A DNA stretch of 64,000 nucleotides from Chrysomallon squamiferum (lineage: Eukaryota > Animalia > Mollusca), in contig CM022668.1 of assembly GCA_012295275.1 (NCBI GenBank), positions 14,260,001 through 14,324,000 of the forward strand, given 5' to 3'. The position numbers and the translations under genes were made by a program. The first letter of the stretch is position 1. Every line of letters begins with the position of its first letter. This document shows, one piece after another, positions 13,750 through 25,815 of the stretch. Below the pieces are notes generated by a model. The model had not been told where the DNA came from. It searched no databases and worked only from the letters and a program-made list of their open reading frames with translations.

Positions 13750-14285
13750 TTTCATCATTTATCTAAACCAAAAATATCTGTATCATTTAAAACCAAACAG
13801 AAAATGCAAATGTTAGACATTTAAAACCAAACAGAAAATGAAATGAAACCAAAAATAATTACAGTAATTTTCATTATTTAAAACCAAACAGAAAATTTGA
13901 AATTGTCCATTTTTCATCATTTAAAACCAAACAGAAAATCAAAACCAAAATCCATCATTTAAAACCAAATAGAAAATGAAATGAAACCAAAATGACAGTC
14001 ATCATTTAAAACCAAACAGAAAATGAAAAAAAACCAGTTTTTTCATCATTTAAAACCAAACAGAAAATGAAATGAAACCAAAAATAATGACAGTAGTTTT
14101 CATCATTTAAAGCCAAACAGAAAATGAAACCAAAAAAAATAATGACAGTAATTTTCATCATTTAATAATAGAAAATGAAACCAAACCAAAAATAATGACA
14201 GTAATTTTCATCATTTAAAACCAAATAGAAAATGAAATGAAACCAAAAATAATGACAGTAATTTTCATCTTTTAAAAACAAATAG
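13750..14285. repeat. ~55-bp intronic minisatellite (catcatttaaaaccaaacagaaaatgaaatgaaaccaaaaataatgacagtaatttt)
   Basis: About 10 variable-length copies visible. Confidence 0.9.
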
Positions 14286-14670
14286 TTGCCAGAATTATTT
14301 TTATCTTTTTTTAAATGGATCATAAAAAACAATATGTATATTTATGAAACTGATGGCAAACACAGAGACAATTCTTTCCTTCTAAGCCATATAATCTATT
14401 TTAGGCAAAAAATATTTTCATTAATTTTACCAAAAAAATACTTGTTAAACAGTTTTCAAAATTTTGTTTTGAAAGAGGAAATTGATATGATTTTCAATAT
14501 ACAATGCTTCATTTTAATGGACAATATATCTATTTGTGGAAATGATAATCCATTTTGAAATTCACACCTTGAAATGTGTCATTTTTTTGAGTATCCCACA
14601 CTGTCAATGACAGTGGTTGCCATGGCAGTGCTGTGTATTAATTCAGTTTATTTTTACATGATATACTTAC

Positions 14671-14800
14671 GCTTTTCGTGCTTCATCAAATACTGTTTGT
14701 ATTCGTTTGTAAGATTTGTCAAACTCGGCATCTAGAACTACTCGTAACCTTTCTAAAGATGTTGTCTGTCTGTGTAGATCTTTTGTGGACCTTTCTAAAC
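14671..14800 (-). CDS. SPATS2: SPATS2-like exon 8, DUF1387 start ([42 protein letters not shown])
   Basis: tgtag|...|gtaagt, 130 nt, phase 1->2. Matches the recalled SPATS2 motif EKSxKDLQRCTVSL. Confidence 0.92.
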
Positions 14801-14824
14801 CTACAAATATATATATAAATAAAC

Positions 14825-14865
<41 letters not shown>

Positions 14866-15358
14866 ATGGTTTAAAAAAAATAAATAAACTAGTTACAGAT
14901 ATGTAAATTAATCACTCTTAAAAAAAACCTTTCAAAACATATTTTATAAAATTATATAATTAGATCTTGTATTTATCTTTCTGTATTCACAATATTATTA
15001 TATTTTTTTAAAATTAAATATATATATATATATATATATGTACGTATGTATGTAAAAGTTTTAGAAATGGACAGCTGAAGAAATAAAGATTACAGGATAC
15101 ATAATTTATAGGTATTTCATTAACGTCTCTCTATCTACAGCATTAAAAACAAATTATTCTATCTATCTAAAAATGAAGGATGGAATAAGAAGTAGTTTGC
15201 TTAAACATTTGTCTCATTTCTAATCTGCAAATGCTGCAACATACACAGTGTTCAAAAACGTTACAGATAACAACACAAAAACGGCACAAAGAGCTAATGT
15301 GTTGCAATTCAGGACAGCTATGCAAAACCAGTGACATCAGTGAAGAAATATTTTGTAC

Positions 15359-15466
15359 CTGCAAATGGCTTTTTGGGTTTACTCTCTTTAGAACCTATAC
15401 TTGTTGTGCTGCGCTCACTAGAAGTTCGTTGTCTGCCCTGTTCGTTGTGTAAATGCCCATGATAAC
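15359..15466 (-). CDS. SPATS2: SPATS2-like exon 7 (YHGHLHNEQGRQRTSSERS...KPKKPFA)
   Basis: (T)n-ag|...GCAG|gtacaa, 108 nt, phase 1->1. Confidence 0.85.
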
Positions 15467-15829
15467 CTAAAAAAAAAAAAAAAATTGAACTCAGACACAA
15501 GTTTAATAAAAATGTTTTTCATATAGTTTTCTTAGTACTGGTTTTATTGATGTGATTATTAAATTCTGTAGGACATACATATGAAAATATATATATATAT
15601 ACATGTATATATATATACACACACAGTGTACACTCACTCATTTTCACTCACTCTTTCTCTCTCTCTCTCTCTGACACACACACTAAAATAAACACACACA
15701 GTTTCTTTATTCCTCCCCCCCCAAAAAAAATACACATCTTGATTTTTCTCACATCTTATATTATGACAAATCTGAAATAAACATACACCAGAAACCACAA
15801 GCCAAACACACACACACACACACAGACAC

Positions 15830-15960
15830 ACACACTCACACAGACAGACAGACACCTACCTGGATGTTTATCATGTCTATGGTTGCTACGCTGGGGAAGG
15901 GCTTTGTAGTGAGATTCAACACACACACACACACACATTCATGTTTATCATGTCTATAGA
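15830..15960 (-). repeat. Duplicated 3' end (~59 nt) of exon 6 plus donor site
   Basis: 15860-15918 is identical to 16006-16064 and is followed by the same gtaggtgtctgtc. Confidence 0.95.
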
Positions 15961-16005
15961 CAAAGATTCACTGACAGACACACACACAGACAGACAGACA
16001 CCTAC

Positions 16006-16194
16006 CTGGATGTTTATCATGTCTATGGTTGCTACGCTGGGGAAGGGCTTTGTAGTGAGATTCAGACTCGGATGAAGTCTCGTTTCTCTGGTGTGTGCCG
16101 GGCGCCGAGCTCAGTCGCTGGTCAGTCGTGTTGGCGACAGACGCAGAAAGTCTGTCTTCTTGGTCCTTGGGTGCGGAAATTTCATCTGAGACAT
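16006..16194 (-). CDS. SPATS2: SPATS2-like exon 6 (VSDEISAPKDQEDRL...RHDKHP)
   Basis: cgcag|...CCAG|gtaggt, 189 nt, phase 1->1, GC-richer than flanks. Confidence 0.85.
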
Positions 16195-16800
16195 CTGCGA
16201 TAACACACATATTAATAACATAATAAAACACTGCTCTGTTTAATACAACTTTTTATTGAATGACAGACATCTTAGGGTTTTAAAAAGTAATTTAAAATCT
16301 GAGACACCACATAACATTAACATTATAACACACTGGCCTGTTTAATACAATGTTTTTATTGAATGACAGACATACTGAATGAGACAGACTGATTAGGGTT
16401 TTTAAAAAGTAATTTTTCATACTTTTAACAGACAGACACAGACACATACTGATTAGTGTGTTTTAAAAAAGTAATTTAAAATCTGAGACACCTGCAATAA
16501 CATACTAACATTATAACACACTGGTCTGTTTAATACAGCTTTTTATTGAATGACAGAGAGACACATACTGAATGAGACAGACTGATTAGGGTTTTTAAAA
16601 AGTAATTTTTCATACTGAATGAAACAGACTGATTAGGGTGTTTTAAAAAAGTAATTTTTCATCTGAGACACCTGCGATAACATACTAACATTATAACACA
16701 CCACTCTGTGTAATACAGCTTTTTATTGAATGACTGAGAGAAACATATAGAAACAGAAACACAATGATCAGGGTTTTTAAAAAGTAATTTCTAGTTTTAA
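16180..16800 (-). repeat. ~110-180-bp tandem repeat containing copies of the exon 6 acceptor region
   Basis: atctgagaca(c/t)ctgc(g/a)ataac at ~16184, 16481 and 16661; partial copy at ~16297. Confidence 0.9.
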
Positions 16801-17298
16801 CAGATAGAAATAAATCTATCGGTCCAAGCAATGATGACTTGGCTCTGATTTTTAAAAAAATGACTTGTGAGTAATAGAAACTAACAATTAAAAGTAATAA
16901 CTGAATTTAAAAAGTGTACCTTGTAATAATGTGTTTTTAATTTTTTAGTTGTTTTGAAATAGATAGCTAGCAATACAGAATTAATGATTGTTGATTTTTT
17001 TTTTGTAGTTTTTGTTTTGTTTTAAATGTTACTTATTATTAACTATATCAAAACAATCAGGAAAAGATTCATATATATGGATATATACATATACATCAGC
17101 CCAGTATATTATGAACAATGCCATAAACTATAATTAATTAATTGATTTCCAACAATGATAATAAAAACTAAAAAAAGGCTAACTTTCAATTAAAAGTAAT
17201 CACTGAATTCAAAAAGTCTGATTTATGATTAAAACATTAACAGTTAAGAAATAATGTTTTATTTAAATTTTTGCTTTGTTTTTTTGAACGTGACTTAC

Positions 17299-17446
17299 GA
17301 TTAAGTATATCACCATTTATCAGTGGTTCTTTGGTGTGGTTGGAGTCGATGTGCGGCCGCTGACCAGAGGCTGCTCCATTGGCTACTACTGGCTGACCAG
17401 AGCTGGATGCCTTTGCCTTCTTGTTTTTCTTCTTTTTATTGGGAGC
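17299..17446 (-). CDS. SPATS2: SPATS2-like exon 5 (APNKKKKNKKAKASS...), basic NLS-like stretch
   Basis: aag|...|gtaagt, 148 nt, phase 0->1. Poly-Lys stretch follows EW as in SPATS2. Confidence 0.9.
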
Positions 17447-17509
17447 CTTTTAATAGAAACAACAACAAAAATAAATTGTGTGAGTTAAAAAAATATCTAC
17501 ATTTTATCA

Positions 17510-17965
17510 TGGCAGCCATTTTGTTATTCTACTCTAACATTACCAATACATGATGGCAGCCATTTTTATATTCTGATCCAAAATTACCAGTATCTGATTA
17601 AAGCTATTTTTATATTCTGATCCAAAATTACCAATATCTGATCACAGCTATTATTATATTCTGATCAAAAATTACCAATATCTGATCGAAGCCATTTTTA
17701 TATTCTGATCAAAAATTACCAATATCTGATTGAAGCCATTTTTATATTCTGATAAAAAATGACCAGTATCTGATTGAAGCCATTTTTATATTCTGATTCT
17801 ATCTGATAAAAATGATCTGATCGTATCTTTTTATATTCTGTTCAAAAATTACCAATATCTGATCGAAGCCATTTTTATATTCTGATAAAAAATTACCAGT
17901 ATCTGATTGAAGCCATTTTTATATTCTGATCAAAAATTACCAATGTATTGTGAGAGCCATTTTGT
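17510..17965. repeat. 44-bp intronic minisatellite (gccatttttatattctgatcaaaaattaccaatatctgattgaa)
   Basis: About 10 copies, period 44 (e.g. 17691, 17735). Confidence 0.92.
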
Positions 17966-18451
17966 TATTTTCTTTCACTATTATGAACATACCAGAATAT
18001 TTTTGAAGAAATAATCTTCATTACAATCAGATTTATTATTATTATTATTTCTTCTTTTTTTTTTTAAATTTTTTCTGAATTTGTTTATTATTGATTACTT
18101 TACTGTCAGATTTACTTTGCAATTTAATTAGAAAAATTTAATGAGGAAATGAGTGTCTGTTGTATTTCAGTTGTTTATCAGTAGAGTACAATACACCTTC
18201 CTACTGATTTAAAGTGTTAATTATTAATCATCAAACATATTGACACTAAATTATATTGGGAATAAAATAATAAATGTCAATATAAACTATATCTATCTAT
18301 CTATCTATCTATCCATATATCTGAATACGTGTATTTCTGTGACTGTGTGTGTGAAACTAAGGCCTTCATCAACAAAAACTATTTGTTAATTCAGTATTTG
18401 AACGTTTTACAGTAAAACAAAAATATTACGATCCGTCTTGAGAGCACAAAC

Positions 18452-18498
18452 CTTGTTTCCTGGGAAATGCCATTCAGTTAAAGCTGCTTTAGCGCCAT
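18452..18498 (-). CDS. SPATS2: SPATS2-like exon 4 (GAKAALTEWHFPGNK)
   Basis: tag|...|gtttgt, 47 nt, phase 1->0. Conserved LxEW motif. Confidence 0.9.
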
Positions 18499-19185
18499 CT
18501 ACAATTTAAAAACAGTAAAATATAAATAAACCATTAAGAAATCGGGTTTCTAAATATATATATATATATGTGAATGCATATTGCTACATACAGATGAACT
18601 TGTAGAACACACACACGAACTCATGCACACACACACACACACACACACAACATAAGTATCTGTGCTTACATATTTACTACATAGGTATTTAATACATGCA
18701 TATTTCAGTTTATGTATATGTTTTTATACAGAATACTTTTACTACAGAAAAATCTCCTTTGTCCTCATGAATATTAATTCAGACTGTCATGGTGGCTATT
18801 TTACTGAGTGGCATTCACAATTTTACTGTAGCTAGACAAAATGGATTTTAATCTTCCATATTCTAGATTAATTCAGTATAAATAAATATCGCATACAGTG
18901 GAATGCATATTTGTAACTTTTATTCCACCACTGTGACTGAAAAAGGTTATTAAAACATGTGATGATGTGGTGTGTGAAAGAACAGTTACTATTTTTTCCA
19001 GGAAATCTTCCACTTTTATTTTTGTGTTAGATGTGTTAATATTGTATAGAATTGTATAGAATTTATGCACTTAAGCCCTATGTATAGATATATATATATA
19101 TATGTACATATTTATATATGTAAGCACATAATGTACATACATAAGTATACATATATATATATAACACAGACACACACATATATAC

Positions 19186-19225
<40 letters not shown>

Positions 19226-20309
19226 TATACTTATATGAAAAGTATTAATATATGAAGTTTTATCAGCTCTATTTGCTGACTATCATGTATATCTTTATGG
19301 TTACCACCTGCTATTTTATATTACATATTGTACAGAATTACACTGTAAAACTTTCAGATTCATTTTATTAGTGTTTATAGACCAAACAACTGAACAGGTA
19401 CCTGGACATTTATTAGTGTTTTTTTAAATTATTAGTTACCTATCTAATTACATCGGAAAATAATTTTACAAAATAAGTAATAGAAGCTGAAATAATTGTA
19501 TAATAATAAAAAAAAAATTAATAATAATAATAAATATCTGTAATAATAATAATAATAACAATATCTATAATAATAATAATAATAATACAAAAGAAAATAA
19601 CGATGGAAAATTATTATTATTAATATTATTATCATCATCATCATCATCATTATTATTGAACACTCATTCAGAGTTGGTTAGATTGGGAAATAAGCCAATA
19701 TGAGAAGAAACAAGGACTGATCCACTGACCAAACATTCAACAATCTATTCCTAATCTCAAACATATCCTTGTGATCTACAACCATCTCCTGGTTACAGTT
19801 GATGGATACTTATTCAGAAATATCTGGAATGGGAAAACAGCACTCCAATGAATACACTGACACTTAATATTATTTGTAAGGTCAATGTTCTACCAGTGTG
19901 CTACACAACACCAACTTTTCATAATACTTAAATCTATTTGCACAACAGTGAAAGAAAGAAAGAAAAAATCAATATTAAAATAGCAAGCCATTAAAGAAAC
20001 TGCCATTATTAAAGTCTACCAGAGCTAGGTATGTTAAAGAAAGCCTAACAATAAAAAAAAAAATCATTGATCTATTGTATTATTACTAAATGTAGATTAC
20101 GGATTATAAAATATTTATGATTAAACAGCATCCCATGAAAAAGTAATAATGTGGATTAGGTGCATTTAGTGATCTGAAAAAGATACATAACCTGTTACTA
20201 TCCTAATAAAAATTAAGTGTACAATAAAATTTTAAAAAAAAAAAAAAAAGCCAAAAAAAAAATTCTTGATATGATGATATTTTAGCAGTTCTAGAATCAA
20301 CTGTTATAA

Positions 20310-20341
<32 letters not shown>

Positions 20342-21639
20342 AAATCAATCAATCAATCAATCAATCAAGAAAATAAAATAAAATAAAAATAAAATAAATG
20401 AAAAATAAACCATGCCACAATTCATCTTGAATAAGCACGCCCTATCAAACAGTTAATGTATTCTTTAAAAAGTGAAATAAATGAACAAAATAAATAAACA
20501 AAATAAACATAATATAAAATTAATGACACCTTAATTCATGTGGAAGATTTTCAAAATTTTTTAAACATTTAAGTCCAGATCCTCAAACAAGACCTTCCCA
20601 GTATTTTATTTTATTTTAACCTTTAAAAATTGATAGGTAAAGCAAAAAGAATGGAAGGGAAAGGAATTTAAAATGTTTAAAAAAAAATATAGATTAAAAT
20701 AAAACTTAAAAAAAAGGAACAGAAAAATTAAAATTAAAAAATAATAAAAATCTAATATATTGTTAGAGGCTGAACTGAACAATAACTAGGCAGATCATGT
20801 TTAAGATTATGATAAAAATGTTAGTTTTATAAAATAAAAAAATTATTAAATAAATATTATTAAAACAAAAAAAACATTTTCTCTGTGTGAAAATTTTAGA
20901 ATCTATTAATTATTATTTTTTTATTGTTATTTAGCTTTTTTTTTATTATCGTTATTATTTTATTTTATTTTTTTTATTAATAATTTTTTTTTTTTTTTTT
21001 TCATTTATAAATAAATTTGTTTATTATTGATTACTTCACTATCAGATTTACTTTGCAATTTCTTCAGCAACAGAATCTGGTAACAAGCCTACCTCCCACC
21101 GTGCAATTGAATCAATTGTCCCAGACTCCCAAGTACTAATTCGTGAACAAATACGGTAATATAATCACATGACAGATTTAATTTAATAGCATAACTTCAA
21201 CTAATATCCAGCTGTTGCTGCAGACTGTTTATTCAATACTCCCAAAGAGTTTAAATCTAATTAAAATGATCATTAACAGGTATTGCTGCTACATCTCAAA
21301 CAGTTTCCCAACTGTCAACTAGTTGAATACCGAACAGAAACTGTCAAATAATACAGCACACTCTGAGTATTTTATGTTCCACGTCTGACAATAACTACAT
21401 ATTCATGCACAAAATAGTTTTTCTTCTTTAATTTCACCTCTAAAAATGTCATTAAAGTCTGGTGCAGCCACCGAATTCCAGACACAAGTCTCGAGTTTGC
21501 ACAGAGGTAGCAAAAATATCTACTACCTATGTTCACCTAACTTAGTTTTAAGTAGGATGAAGTTGTCAATCTCACTTAGTTGCACTTGTTGATCTCATTT
21601 TGGCCCTATGTCATCATTTGAACTTTTTTTTTATTTACT

Positions 21640-21670
<31 letters not shown>

Positions 21671-22358
21671 TAAGACAAAAAGACATGTATGATTTCCATT
21701 TTTGCCCTACATACCAACAGACATTAAACTAACCATACTGATTACACCAACAATAACCAAATTTTTTCCAGTTATTTTTTTTTTACACATTAAATTCAGC
21801 TTTCTGTTGTTACTGGGTTCTTTTTTTTTTTCAATGTACCATGCCAAAATTCATAATTTTACTTCCATATAAATGACACAACATTAGCAAGCATAAATAT
21901 GTTCCGTTTGATAAAAACTGAAGATTTAATTTGAAAGTAAAGACAGTAAACTTTATTAGATACAGAGTGTATTATTAACAAAGTATTAAAGCAATTTAAT
22001 ATTTCTTGAAATATGTGCATATGTCAACCACAATGTGCTAGGAAAACAATATGGCCATGATGCAATGCAAACTGGGATAGCTCAAACAAACTGGCAACAT
22101 CACTGAAAAAAAGCAGCTGCTTATTTTAAAATTGTTTTATCCATTTAAACTCTTGATATATTACTGCACTGTCATGTAACGCTGTTATCAAATTACGCAA
22201 TTAAATATATATATCATAGTTAAATATAATAATTGAATATATTTATGATTATTTATGTTAAATACCTTTATAAAATAAATTCCTCATATAACAACAAAAA
22301 ATGTAATATACATATTTATGATTACTTATATTTATTATGTTACTAGTAGAATTTCCTT

Positions 22359-22389
<31 letters not shown>

Positions 22390-23444
22390 CATCAGTGGTT
22401 TTAATTACTTACACCTGAAGAAATAATACAGTGTTCCACTTACCTTATTGCTAGTTACCACATACATGTGTTAACATTTGTCTTAGGGTCATTAAACCTG
22501 TTCAGGGATCAACTTAACTACCAGTGGTCACTGTAACTGACCACTGATTATTTTCCAGTATCAGGGACATTATAATTATCAGAGAAGTCATTATGACTGG
22601 TCAAGGGTCATTACAGCTGTCCAAAGGTCATTGTAACAGCCCAAGGATTCTGATAAGAGTAACTCTTTCAAGGTCAGACTAACTGTATGATGGGTCACTG
22701 TGACATTACAGAGGTCATTACTTAACTATCTAGGGACAGATAACTTGGATAACGATGAAAAAAGTGTTAGTTTAATATTATTCATTATAAATAAACTTTT
22801 CAAGTTTTCATCTGTTTGTTTGTTTTTAATTACAGAAATGGGCTATTGCAATTGTACATCCAGTTGAGCTATATTTAACTAGTCATAATAAAAGATGGAG
22901 TATTTTGCCATAAATCTCAATCTATAAACTTTTGTTTGTGAACAAAACTACTGCATTTTCGTACCATCAAATGAATTAATTATTGTTGGGAATAAATATT
23001 TTACATTGTTCATAATAATAATGATGATAAATACGGTAATAAAAATAAGACTTGAGGTTCCATTTCAGACAGTATATTCTGTTAGTACTTGAATGTCTGT
23101 CTCTGTGCATATCCATTAGAATACCGTAATAGCTATATAAATCTATCAGATTTTTTGTTTTCTTTTACAATTTTTCTACTTTTTTTCTTTTTAGTCTTTC
23201 TATATATTTGTCTGCTTTCTGGGTTTTTGTGTTTTTTTAATTATTATTTTGTTATAAATTATTCATTTATTTTTATTATTATTATTTCTTTGTTTTTCTT
23301 TGTCATTTTGTTCTCTCTCTCTCCATTATATATCTATATCTATATATATATATATATATTTTTAACCATCCATCTCCATTTCTTTTTATCTCTCTCAGTG
23401 CAAATGATAGATATATACTTTGTAAACGGCATGTTAGCACTTAC

Positions 23445-23553
23445 CATCAAAGTATGCTTGGATGGCTTTTTCTACATCATAATCATAGTACTGCAAGACT
23501 AGAACTATTTCATTGTTGCTTTTTCCTGGAATCACTTCACGAACTGCAGATAC
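23445..23553 (-). CDS. SPATS2: SPATS2-like exon 3, UBA-like N-terminal domain ([36 protein letters not shown])
   Basis: cag|...|gtaagt, 109 nt. Close match to the conserved SPATS2 motif AVRxxVPxKSNNEIxLVLQ. Confidence 0.95.
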
Positions 23554-24271
23554 CTGAACAGAGACATAAAGGAGATCCATGAATAATTAATGAATAATTA
23601 AAAACATTCACCTGAATGCACACATGCACATAAACACATAGATGAATAACTGAATGTCTGAAAAAAAGCAACTGACACACACGTTACATACACACATAAA
23701 GAAACAAAAAAAAAACAATTAAAACTAAATCACAAACATACATACACACAGAGAGAGAGAGACAGAAAAATGACAGATGAATAAATAAATCTGTATTCAG
23801 AAAACTGAAGGAAGACATAAATAAGTGAATGAATGAATATATATACATGAGTGGATAAAAGAATGAAAAATCTTCACATATACCTTAATTATGAATAAAT
23901 GACTGAATTAAAAACATACACAGAGATAAAAAAAAAATAACTAAAATCCCTCATACATACTTGTACATGTACACACACAGAAATGAAAGGAAAACCTCAC
24001 AGCCTCAATGAATGAATAAATAATTGAAAAAACAAAAATAAAATGGTTTTAACCTGTGCTGTATTGGACAGAATCAATCAATGCTGTCTTCTAGGTGTTA
24101 AAAACAGTGAAATCAGGTCAGTTGTGTAATGAATAAATAATTTTGTCAACAGTGAAACTGAACTGGGAGTTAAAAATATCACTGTACATAATGTGTTCAG
24201 TATGGGGAATGATCAAGATATACAATATATATTTACATATTTACATAAAACATACATACATTATGCACATG

Positions 24272-24302
<31 letters not shown>

Positions 24303-24537
24303 TACATACATCAATACCATATATATATATATATATATATATATTACATATATACATATACACACATCAATACATATAAAATTCATAATCGAAATATATA
24401 GCCACATAAAAACTGACACACACTCCTACATAGGCATACACACAGAAATACGCACACACTTGCACATGCACAAGACACATGCATAGATGTACATCAATTA
24501 AAATAAAAACATGAATATCAAACTATTCACAACAAAC

Positions 24538-24620
24538 CTTTTCTTTAATACCATGGTCCTGTGTTTCGGTGGCCATTACTGCTTTTGTTTGTGGATCAAA
24601 GTGAATGGAACCAGCATTTT
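24538..24620 (-). CDS. SPATS2: SPATS2-like exon 2 (NAGSIHFDPQTKAVMATETQDHGIKEK)
   Basis: tttcag| ... AAG|gtttgt, 83 nt, phase 1->0. Resembles SPATS2 'GFIFD...KEK'; contains an internal ATG in good context (GTAATGG). Confidence 0.85.
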
Positions 24621-25719
24621 CTGAAAGATACAAATATAAACAGTCAGCTAAAAATGTTCATTTTTTTTATTTGAACATGTTACAGGTATGTATGTGTGTG
24701 TGTGTGTGTGTCTGTGTGTGTGTGTGTGTCTGTCTGTGTGTGTGGGTGTGGGTGTGTGTGCAGGTGCATATGGTGTATGTATGTGTGTGTGTGTGCTGGT
24801 GCATATGGTGTATGAGAGCATGCATGCATGTGTGCCACCTGTGTTTTAGAAATGATTGCATAATGTTTATAATCTGTAAGAGCCTGCAAAATAAAAAATA
24901 ACAGCAGAGGGAATGACTGCAAATGAGAGAGAAAGAAAATTACCAGCACTGTCGGATAATGACAGATATACATACAGAGTTACAGACAGAAAAAGAGAAA
25001 GGTAAATAAAGGTAGAAAAAAGACAGACTGAGAGACAGACAAAACACTGATGTGTGTATGAGACACTGATACAAACAACTCACATCTAATTCTTAAGTTG
25101 TTGCTTTTATTAAATTTATTACAGTGATTTTAAAATGAGAATATAAATAGAGCACAGCTAATGGAACTGTGTTTTTCAAAATAAATCTGTTTGTGCAACA
25201 TATGTATGTATTGTTAAACATCTGTTGTTTGTGGGGGGTACTCATAAACACATATCTACTCTACTGTTAACATGACCTTCCATTTCATTCTTTTAAAAAA
25301 TATATATATATATATAAAATTGCTTAAATTTTCACTTTAAGCATAAAGAATCATAAAAAAAATATTTTAATTTTATGTGGACCTTCTCCAAAACTGAAAC
25401 AAAACGCACCAAATCCGTTAAAATTTCTAAAAAAGAAACATTTTAATTAATAATGCTCTCAAAATCTTCTGGAAGTTGTTAATCTACAGATGTGCGGCAT
25501 TATACATAAAATTAAAAACAGATATGTAGCAGAAACCCACTACCGTATTTTGCATTTGAACCAAAGAATTTCTTAAACACTCGTGCACATAACACACACA
25601 CTCAAGACAGACACACAAGTGCATGAAAGCATACTCACCCAGGCACTTAACAAACAAAATACAAATATCGCATATATGTGACATACGTACGCTATCCCAT
25701 ATTAAATCACGCATACACC

Positions 25720-25815
25720 ATGGCAAATCACTGCTGCTGTTAAATGGGATGAACTTAGGGATTGATCCCATAACCACCCATACCTCAGGGCAGATCTCTA
25801 TCACTAAGCAACACA
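25720..25815 (-). mobile_element. Degenerate tRNA-derived SINE head
   Basis: Minus strand reads ttgcttagtgatagag...ctgaggt...gggatcaatccc: A-box-like and B-box-like motifs at tRNA-like spacing, with no intact cloverleaf. Confidence 0.4.

Noticed and set aside
14325-14395. Short open minus-strand stretch as a candidate for the missing SPATS2 exon
   Set aside because: Translation (LYGLEGKNCLCV...) has no similarity to the expected helix and the donor is very weak.
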